From assembly GCA_036229005.1 (NCBI GenBank), contig JAZAMN010000028.1:1-26804 (forward strand): a DNA stretch of 26,804 nucleotides, read 5' to 3'. The translations under genes were made by a program, and so were the position numbers. Below, piece after piece: positions 16,875-24,270 of this stretch; positions within the stretch are counted from its first letter, which is position 1; each line of letters begins with the position of its first letter. This DNA is from Myxococcota bacterium (GTDB lineage: Bacteria > Myxococcota_A > UBA796 > CAJQPC01). A model generated the notes under the pieces. That model did not search any database, was not told where the DNA came from, and saw nothing but the letters and a program-made list of their open reading frames with translations.

Positions 16875-17510
16875 TCAGCCCTTGGGCCGCACCTCGATCT
16901 CCAGGTCCCGCATCGCCGCGTCCTTGGACCAGCGGCCGGGGTTGGACAGGGGCGTGTCCACCTGGTCGCCCAGCGCATCGCGCGAGCTGTCCCGCACCAG
17001 CTCCCAGGGCCCCTGCGCGGTCGCCGAGCCGCTGTAGACCATGGGCTTGTCGGGGTAGCTGCGGTTCTCGATGCGCAGCACGTAGCCCTCCTTGGGCAGC
17101 TCCTGCTGCAGGTCGAAGCCCACCAGATACACAAAGAAGCCCTCGGCGCCCTTGCCGTTGGTGGGGTGCTCGATGGGCCGCCAGGTGCCCTTGACCGGCT
17201 CGCCGTCCACCGTCAGCGTCAGCCCCTGGGCCATCTGGTCCCAGGTGCCGGTGTTCCAGTCCTCCAGCGCCTTCTGCTGCTTGCGCTGGGAGTCGCCCTC
17301 CTGCACGTCCAGGCCACTCAGCACCACCTGCATGGGCACCTCAAGCACCACCAGGGCCGTCATCTGGCCGCTGTCGGCGATCTTCACCATGGTCCGCAGG
17401 GAGTAGAGGTCCGTCTCGAAGGGGTGCGCGCTGGCAGACCGCGTCAACAGGGGACTGGCCGCCAACATGCCGCCAAAGAGCAGGGCGCAAGCGAGGACAA
17501 CACGGCGCAT
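16875..17510 (-). CDS. Exported hypothetical protein whose mature form probably begins His-Pro
   Basis: AAAGGAG RBS; canonical signal MRRVVL...SASA|HPFETD. Confidence 0.8.
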   Translation of the reverse strand: MRRVVLACALLFGGMLAASPLLTRSASAHPFETDLYSLRTMVKIADSGQMTALVVLEVPMQVVLSGLDVQEGDSQRKQQKALEDWNTGTWDQMAQGLTLTVDGEPVKGTWRPIEHPTNGKGAEGFFVYLVGFDLQQELPKEGYVLRIENRSYPDKPMVYSGSATAQGPWELVRDSSRDALGDQVDTPLSNPGRWSKDAAMRDLEIEVRPKG

Positions 17511-17554
17511 GGGGACTCCTTTGCCGCAGTCTTAACGCCTGGCGGGCCCGCTTT

Positions 17555-17594
17555 GTTCAACGGGGCGCCGCCCGGGGTTCAACGGGGCGCCGCC
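17555..17594. repeat. 18-bp direct repeat x2 (period 22)
   Basis: GTTCAACGGGGCGCCGCC at 17555-17572 and 17577-17594. Confidence 0.85.
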
Positions 17595-18790
17595 GGAGTG
17601 GAGACCTGAGCAGCGCCAGCCTGTCCTCGTCGGCGCAGAGCAGCGGCGATCAGCAGCAGCACGCCCAGCAGGCCGGAGCGGTGGGACCCGATGCTCGCGC
17701 ACCCGCTGGCCTCCTCCTCCCCGCCCCCGCAGGCGTAGCTGTCGCGGATCTCGGCCAGGGCGGCCTCGCTCTCGGCGGGCGGGACCCAGACCCAGAAGGC
17801 CTCGGTGTCCACGTGCGCGCCCAACCGAGCGGTGACAGTGACGCGCTCGCTGTGGCCTTGCAAGGTCTGGGCGCACTCCAGGTTCCAGACGGGCGAGTCC
17901 CCGGTGACGGTGCCCCCGGCGCCCAGCAGGCTGTACTGCACCGGCGCTCCCACGACGGGGTTGCCCAGGCTGTCCACGAGCTCGTACCAGGCCCCGACCA
18001 CCGGCAGATCCGCGGCGTCCGGGTCATCAGGCGACATCACCCAGACGTGCAGGCGCGTGCGCAGGTCCCAGGTCTTGTCCAGGCGGCTCCAGCGCCCCAC
18101 CTGCAGGCTCTCTCCCCCGCTGGTGACGACGATCGCACCCCGCTCCTGCTCCGGGTCCAGGCGCCAGAGGCCGTCCCCTTCGTCCCGCGCTCCCGGCAGG
18201 TCCAGGCGCCAGGGGCTCGCCCAGCTCACCTGCCCGCCCTGGTCGTCCCAGAGCAGCGGTCTGGGGCGGAAGCGCTCCAGCTCCGGCCAGATCCGGATGT
18301 GCTGGACGCGGCTCTCGAAGGGCGGGTTGAACAGCTCCGGGCCGTGGGTCTCCAGGCTGTAGCCGTCCATGGGGTAGGCCTCCAGCATGTAGGCCACCTG
18401 CGCGCGCTCCCAGGAGATCACGCTGCCCTCGACGGCGTCGCCGTCCAGGATGTCGACCGCCAGCCGGTCCTGCCCGAAGGAGGCCAGGGGCTCGCCGTCA
18501 TCCCCGGTGCAGTCCTGCCCGCTCAGCGTCAGCTCCGCGGCGTCGGCGTCCTCGAAGTAGACGCAGCGCAGGCTGCTGTTGGGGGGCTCGTAGACCTCCA
18601 GGTCCGTCTCCAGGCTCCAGCAGCTCCGGGCGTGGTAGGCCATGCACTGGCGGCTGCCCTCCAGGATGGCGCCCCCGTGGACCAGGTCGGCGCCCTTGAG
18701 CCCATCGGCCTCCAGCGCCACCGCCTCCAGCTCCGGCACGATGCGCGGGACCGGTTCGTACACGCAGGCCAGCCACAACAGCAGGTTCAC
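17579..18790 (-). CDS. Hypothetical lipoprotein with a MYXO-CTERM-like C-terminal anchor
   Basis: GTG start MNLLLWLA-C; C-terminus EEASGCASIGSHRSGLLGVLLLIAAALRRR. Confidence 0.75.
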   Translation of the reverse strand: MNLLLWLACVYEPVPRIVPELEAVALEADGLKGADLVHGGAILEGSRQCMAYHARSCWSLETDLEVYEPPNSSLRCVYFEDADAAELTLSGQDCTGDDGEPLASFGQDRLAVDILDGDAVEGSVISWERAQVAYMLEAYPMDGYSLETHGPELFNPPFESRVQHIRIWPELERFRPRPLLWDDQGGQVSWASPWRLDLPGARDEGDGLWRLDPEQERGAIVVTSGGESLQVGRWSRLDKTWDLRTRLHVWVMSPDDPDAADLPVVGAWYELVDSLGNPVVGAPVQYSLLGAGGTVTGDSPVWNLECAQTLQGHSERVTVTARLGAHVDTEAFWVWVPPAESEAALAEIRDSYACGGGEEEASGCASIGSHRSGLLGVLLLIAAALRRRGQAGAAQVSTPAAPR

Positions 18791-18891
18791 GACACACCCC
18801 CAACACTCCGACGCGCTGGCTTCTGCTCGAACATACGGGCACCTCCCCCTGACCTGCGCCAGAGCCTACACTGCTCCGGCCGATCCTTCCA

Positions 18892-20274
18892 ATGAACCGA
18901 CGCCTGCTGCTGATCCTGATCCTGGCCCTGGCCAGCCGCCTGCTGCTGATGGCGCAGTCGCCCTTCGAGCTGGACAGCGTGCTGCTGATGCGCGGGGTCG
19001 AAGCCTTCGATCCCACGGCCATGCGGCCCCACCCGCCGGGGTACGCGGGGCTGGTCTTTCTGGCAAAGGGGCTGCCCCTGGCCCCCGACACCGCGCTGCG
19101 CACCCTCTCGGCCCTGGCGGTGCTCCCGCTGCTCTGGGGCACCTGGACCCTCAGCGAGGACACCGGCAGCGACCCCCTGCTCGCCACGCTTCTGGTGGCC
19201 TGCAACCCGGTGGCCTGGATGCTGGGGCTGACCGCCAACGCCTACGCCCTGCCCGCCGCGGCGGCCCTGTGGTTCGGCATCGCCGCACTTCGCCTGCGCC
19301 AGGGTGCCGACTGGAGGATGGCGGGCTGGACCGGGCTGCTCTGGGGGTGTGCTACGGCGCTGCGCCCCTCCCTCAGCCTCTTCCTCCTCCCCCTGCTGAT
19401 CTGGGCGAGTCGCCGCCAGCTCGGGTGGGCGCTGCTGGGCGCGATCCCGCCTGTGGGCGTGCTCCTGGGGCTCTCCGCGCTGGGCTCGGGCGGGCTGCTC
19501 CCCTACCTGGAGGCCACCTGGGCGCAGTTCGCGTTCATCCAGCAGAGCCACCCGCCCAACTGGCGCCTCCACCAGCTCCACCACCTGGTCGTCTACGCCG
19601 CGCAGATCTGTGGCGGCGGGCTCCTGCTGCTCCCCTGGCTCAAGCGCCCCAAGCAGGCCGGGGGCTTCGCGCTGTGGGTGCTGCCGGCGCTGGGCTTCTT
19701 CGCGCTCATCCACCTGGCCAAGGCGGGCTACCTGCTGGCGCTGCTGCCTCCAGTGGCGGTGGTCCTGTCGGGCGCGCAGGCTCCCAAGGCGCTCAAGTGG
19801 GCGGCCCCGGTGCTCAGCGCGGCGTGCTTTCTGCTGGCCCGCCCCATCGACGTGGAGCTGGACCCCAGCCCCAAGGCGGCCTTCGCGGACAAGCAGTGGA
19901 GCCAGCGGGTGCGCGGCGAGCTGTCGTTCTGGGGCTCGGCCTCCCTGGAGCGGGTGCGGCAGCAGGAGCGCAGCAATCGGGCCTACGTGACTCTGCTCCA
20001 GCCCCTGGTGATTCCGGGGCGGACCGTGCTGGTGGGCGGCGATCGCTGGGAGCCCACCCTGGCCTCGGAGCTGCTCTCGGGGGTCGAGGTGGTGGATGGG
20101 CAGACCGAGCTGAGCGCCCCACCGTCTGGACTTCGGGTCCTGCTCCTGAGCTGGCAGGGGGCCCCCGAATTCAGCGAGGTCACCGGACCGCAGGGCCACG
20201 GGGTGTGGCTGCGGGATCTGGACGCCGCCCAGCAGGAGCTCGGCGAAGAGCCGCCCTCCACCGCGGGGAACTGA
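18892..20274 (+). CDS. GT-C-fold integral membrane glycosyltransferase (DUF2723/ArnT/PMT-like)
   Basis: First TM followed by a loop with ELDS and PHPPGY; many TM segments; ALRP motif. Confidence 0.7.
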   Translation: MNRRLLLILILALASRLLLMAQSPFELDSVLLMRGVEAFDPTAMRPHPPGYAGLVFLAKGLPLAPDTALRTLSALAVLPLLWGTWTLSEDTGSDPLLATLLVACNPVAWMLGLTANAYALPAAAALWFGIAALRLRQGADWRMAGWTGLLWGCATALRPSLSLFLLPLLIWASRRQLGWALLGAIPPVGVLLGLSALGSGGLLPYLEATWAQFAFIQQSHPPNWRLHQLHHLVVYAAQICGGGLLLLPWLKRPKQAGGFALWVLPALGFFALIHLAKAGYLLALLPPVAVVLSGAQAPKALKWAAPVLSAACFLLARPIDVELDPSPKAAFADKQWSQRVRGELSFWGSASLERVRQQERSNRAYVTLLQPLVIPGRTVLVGGDRWEPTLASELLSGVEVVDGQTELSAPPSGLRVLLLSWQGAPEFSEVTGPQGHGVWLRDLDAAQQELGEEPPSTAGN

Positions 20275-20275
20275 A

Positions 20276-20316
20276 GCACACAAGTTCCTGACAAGCTGCG
20301 CGTGGGCGTCTATGGT
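20276..20316 (+). promoter_or_regulatory. Sigma70-like promoter with conserved upstream box, paralog 1
   Basis: GCACACAA (20276-83); CTGACA (20288-93), 17-nt spacer, TATGGT (20311-16). The same architecture is found upstream of paralog 2. Confidence 0.7.
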
Positions 20317-20340
20317 GCGGACACCGAGAGGAGGGACGCC

Positions 20341-22221
20341 ATGCTGCTGCTCCTGGGGGCTTTGGCCTGCAGCGACTACGAGATGGTCGACGACAACGAC
20401 GCGACAACGCCCAAGCCCGACACCGGGGTGGACTGCCCACCGCAGATCCCGGACTGCCACGACACCGACGATCCGGTCGACACCGACATCCCCCAGGACA
20501 GCCCCGTGGACTCTGACTGCGAGGTCCGGCTCGCGCCCGCAAAGACGGTCCCGCTGGCCGAGGAGTGCGAGGGCACCGACAGGGGCGACACCATCGTGGA
20601 CGCCTTCGACCTGAGCATCGAGTACCAGTACTCCAGCTCGGGCAGCGGGGTCATCGTGATGCCCGCCATCGGCAACATGACCGACGACAACGGCGACGGG
20701 AAGGTGGACGAGCTCGACATCCCCGACATCGCCTTCACCACCTGGATCTCCGACGAGCTGGTGCTGCTCTCCGGCGACGGCAGCGGCCAGATCTTCAAGC
20801 TGCCCGGCTACAGCGGCCAGGGGGGCGTGGCCATCGCAGACGTGGACGCGGACGGGACGCCTGAACTTGTGGCCTTCACCAACACCAAGCAGATCGCCGC
20901 GGTGGACGCCACGGGCAGCCGGGAGTGGCTCTCCGACAGCTTCATCATGAGCACCTACCCGCAGCCCACCGTCGCCGACCTGGACGCCGACGGCCAGCCC
21001 GAGGTCATCGCGGACCGGGCCATCCTCAACGGGGAGGACGGGACCACGGTGGGCACCGTCGGCGCGGTGAACAACACCTGGCGCACGCCCATCGCCGCAG
21101 ACATCGACCTGGACGGCACCCAGGAGGTCATCCTGGGGGACCTGGTGTCCTCGCACACGGGCGACGACGAGTGGAGGGGCCTGGGCCGGGGGGACGGCAA
21201 CTTCGCGGCGGTGGCGAACATCGACGCGGACCCCGAGGCCGAGGTCTTCTTCGTCTCGGGCGACACGCTGGACATCCACGAGCACGACGGCGAGCTCATC
21301 CGCAGCGTCACCATCCCCGGCAGCGACCCAGGGCCCCCTTCGATCGCCGACTTTGACGGCGACGGCCAGGTGGAGATCGCCATCCCGGCCAACACCCGGC
21401 TGAGCGTATTCGAGGTGGACGGGACCCAGCTCTGGGCCACCCGGATCAGCGACCCCTCCGGGCTGGCGGGGTGCTCCGGCTTCGACATCGACAACGACGG
21501 CGCCTACGAGGTCCTCTACGCCGACCAGGAGGCCCTGTACATCTTCGACGGGGCCACGGGCGACACCCTCTACAAGAACGCCTCCCACAACTCCCACACG
21601 CTCTGGGAGTACCCGGTCATCGCCGACGTGGACCAGGACAACTCCGCAGAGGTCTGCATCGCCTCCAACGGCACGGGCGACTTCCAGGGCGTGACCTGCT
21701 TTGGCCACAACGGCGACGGCTGGCCAAGCTCCGGACCCACCTGGCCCACCCACGACTATGCGGTGACCAACGTGCTGCCGGACGGCTCAGTGCCCAGGGT
21801 CCCCGAACCAAGCTGGGAGACCCACAACCTCTTTCGGGCGCGCCCCAGCATGGATGACCCGGCAAGCCCCGACCTGTCCGGCGCCTTCACGGAGTTCTGC
21901 CTGGCGGACTGCGAGGACGGCCCGGTGCGCGTGAGCTTCCAGGTCTGGAACGAAGGCGGCGTGGATATCCAGCCCGGCCTGTCCTACACGGTCTACGCGG
22001 TCAACGGCGACAGCGAAGAGCTCGTCTACACAGGCACCCTGCCCGCCATCCCCTCCGGCACCGCCCCCGAGGGCATCGAGTTCGCGCTGACGCCCCAACA
22101 GTGGGGCGAGATGGGCATCATCATCCGCCTGGACGACGACGGCTCGGGCGCCCCGCTCGGGGTCTTGGGCGAGTGCGATGAGTCCGACAACGCCATCGCG
22201 TTCTACGAGTCGCTGTGCTGA
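20341..22221 (+). CDS. FG-GAP/VCBS-repeat beta-propeller lipoprotein with a C-terminal CARDB/Ig-like domain, paralog 1
   Basis: ATG 20341 after GAGGAGG; MLLLLGALA-C; repeated ADxDxDGxxE motifs; LWEYPVIADVDQD; ends ECDESDN. Confidence 0.88.
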   Translation: MLLLLGALACSDYEMVDDNDATTPKPDTGVDCPPQIPDCHDTDDPVDTDIPQDSPVDSDCEVRLAPAKTVPLAEECEGTDRGDTIVDAFDLSIEYQYSSSGSGVIVMPAIGNMTDDNGDGKVDELDIPDIAFTTWISDELVLLSGDGSGQIFKLPGYSGQGGVAIADVDADGTPELVAFTNTKQIAAVDATGSREWLSDSFIMSTYPQPTVADLDADGQPEVIADRAILNGEDGTTVGTVGAVNNTWRTPIAADIDLDGTQEVILGDLVSSHTGDDEWRGLGRGDGNFAAVANIDADPEAEVFFVSGDTLDIHEHDGELIRSVTIPGSDPGPPSIADFDGDGQVEIAIPANTRLSVFEVDGTQLWATRISDPSGLAGCSGFDIDNDGAYEVLYADQEALYIFDGATGDTLYKNASHNSHTLWEYPVIADVDQDNSAEVCIASNGTGDFQGVTCFGHNGDGWPSSGPTWPTHDYAVTNVLPDGSVPRVPEPSWETHNLFRARPSMDDPASPDLSGAFTEFCLADCEDGPVRVSFQVWNEGGVDIQPGLSYTVYAVNGDSEELVYTGTLPAIPSGTAPEGIEFALTPQQWGEMGIIIRLDDDGSGAPLGVLGECDESDNAIAFYESLC

Positions 22222-22267
22222 GCGGCAGACAGACCACGAAAGCCCCCTTGAATCCAACAGAACTCAC

Positions 22268-22308
22268 GCACACAACTCCCTGACAAACACCCTCTGGGGC
22301 CCTATAGT
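22268..22308 (+). promoter_or_regulatory. Sigma70-like promoter with conserved upstream box, paralog 2
   Basis: GCACACAA (22268-75); CTGACA (22280-85), 17-nt spacer, TATAGT (22303-08). Confidence 0.72.
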
Positions 22309-22331
22309 GGCGCCAAGACTGGAAGACCCCC

Positions 22332-24224
22332 ATGCTCCTGCTCCTCAGCGCGCTGGCCTGCAGCGACTACGAGATCGTCGACGACAACGACGCGACCACC
22401 CCCAAGCCGGACACCGGGGTGGACTGCCCACCGCAGATCCCGGACTGCCACGACACGGACGAGCCGGTCGACACCGACATCCCCCAGGACAGCCCCGTGG
22501 ACCCCGACTGCGAGGTCAAGCTCGCGGCCGCCAAGACGGTCTCCGTGGTCGAAGAGTGCGACGGCACCACCGGCGTGAGCGGCACCATCAAGGACGCCTT
22601 CGACCTGAGCATCGAGTACCAGTACACCAGCTCGGGCAGCGGGGTCATCGTGATGCCGGCCATCGGCAACATGACCGATGACAACGGCGACGGGCAGGTG
22701 GACGAGCGGGACATCCCAGACATCGCGTTCACCACCTGGACCTCCAACGAGCTGGTGCTGCTCTCCGGAGACGGCAGCGGCGAGATCTTCAAGGTCTCCG
22801 GCTACAACGGCCAGGGCGGCGTGACCATCGCGGACGTGGACGCGGACGGCGAGCCCGAGATCGTGGCCTTCACCACCGGCAACCAGATCGCCGCGGTGAA
22901 CGCATCGGGCAGCCAGGAGTGGACCTCCAGCAGCTTCGGCCTGAGCGCCTACCCCCAGCCCACCGTCGCGGACCTGGACGCCGACGGCAAGCCCGAGGTG
23001 ATCGGCGATGTGGGCATCGTCAACGGCGAGGACGGAACCACGGTGGCCACCATCGGCGGGCTCACCAACTCCTGGCGCACGCCTGTCGCCGCGGACATCG
23101 ACCAGGACGGCACCCAAGAGGTCATCCTGGCCAACCAGGTGGTCTCGCACACCGGCGCCTCGGAGTGGACCAACCCGGGCACCGGCGCGGGCAACTTCGC
23201 GGCCCTGGCGAACATCGACTCGGACAAGGAGGCCGAGGTCTTCTTCGTGTCGGGCAGCACGCTCTACATCCACCAAGACGACGGCACCCTGATCCGCAGC
23301 GCCACCATCCCCGGCACCAACCCAGGACCGCCTTCGATCGCTGACTTTGACGGCGACGGCCAGGTGGAGATCGCCATCCCCGCAAACACCCGCCTCAGCG
23401 TGTTCGAGGTGGACGGCTCCAAGGTCTGGGAGAGCACGATCAACGACAGCTCCGGGCTGGCGGGGTGCTCGGGCTACGACATGAACAACGACGGCGCCTA
23501 CGAGGTGCTCTACGCCGACCAGGACGCGCTGCGCATCTACGACGGCGCGACCGGGGCCATCCTCTACGAGAACTTCTCGCACAGCTCCGGGACAGTGTGG
23601 GAGTACCCGGTCATCGCCGACGTGGACCAGGACAAGTCCGCGGAGATCTGCATCGCGTCGAACTCCTACAGCGGCGGCGCCGGCTACCGCGGGATCACCT
23701 GCTTCGGCCACAACGGCGACGGCTGGCCCGAGTCCGGCCCCACCTGGGGCACCCACGACTACGCGCTGACCAACGTGCTGGCCGACGGCTCGGTGCCCAA
23801 GACCCCTGACGCGAGCTGGGAGAAGTTCAACGTCTTCCGGGCGCGCCCCAGCGTGGATGACCCTGCCCGCCCCGATCTGGGCGGCGCCTTCACCGACTTC
23901 TGCCTGGCGGACTGCGACAACGGCCCGGTGCGCGTGAGCTTCCAGGTGTGGAACGAGGGCGGCGAGGACATCGAGGCCGGGCTCCCCTACACGGTCTACG
24001 CGGTCAACAACGCAGGCGAGGAGATCGCCTACACCGGCACCCTGCCCGCCATCCCCTCCGGCACCGCGCCCGAGGGCGTGGAGTTCGCCCTGACGCCCCA
24101 GGAGTGGGGTGACTTCGGCATCATCATCCGCCTGGACGACGACGGCACAGGCACCGAGGGCGGGACCCTGGGCGAGTGTGACGAGTCCGACAACGTGATC
24201 GAGTTCTACGAGTCGGTGTGCTGA
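22332..24224 (+). CDS. FG-GAP/VCBS-repeat beta-propeller lipoprotein with a C-terminal CARDB/Ig-like domain, paralog 2
   Basis: Collinear with paralog 1 over its full length; MLLLLSALA-C. An in-frame TAG at 22305-07 excludes any longer N-terminus. Confidence 0.9.
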   Translation: MLLLLSALACSDYEIVDDNDATTPKPDTGVDCPPQIPDCHDTDEPVDTDIPQDSPVDPDCEVKLAAAKTVSVVEECDGTTGVSGTIKDAFDLSIEYQYTSSGSGVIVMPAIGNMTDDNGDGQVDERDIPDIAFTTWTSNELVLLSGDGSGEIFKVSGYNGQGGVTIADVDADGEPEIVAFTTGNQIAAVNASGSQEWTSSSFGLSAYPQPTVADLDADGKPEVIGDVGIVNGEDGTTVATIGGLTNSWRTPVAADIDQDGTQEVILANQVVSHTGASEWTNPGTGAGNFAALANIDSDKEAEVFFVSGSTLYIHQDDGTLIRSATIPGTNPGPPSIADFDGDGQVEIAIPANTRLSVFEVDGSKVWESTINDSSGLAGCSGYDMNNDGAYEVLYADQDALRIYDGATGAILYENFSHSSGTVWEYPVIADVDQDKSAEICIASNSYSGGAGYRGITCFGHNGDGWPESGPTWGTHDYALTNVLADGSVPKTPDASWEKFNVFRARPSVDDPARPDLGGAFTDFCLADCDNGPVRVSFQVWNEGGEDIEAGLPYTVYAVNNAGEEIAYTGTLPAIPSGTAPEGVEFALTPQEWGDFGIIIRLDDDGTGTEGGTLGECDESDNVIEFYESVC

Positions 24225-24270
24225 GCGCGCGGGGGGCCGGCTAAGGATCCCCGACACTCCGGAGTCCCCG

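Noticed and set aside
20341..24224. Diversity-generating retroelement or assembly duplication as the explanation for the paralogs
   Set aside because: There is no reverse transcriptase, differences are not adenine-specific, and both ORFs are intact with many synonymous changes and indels.
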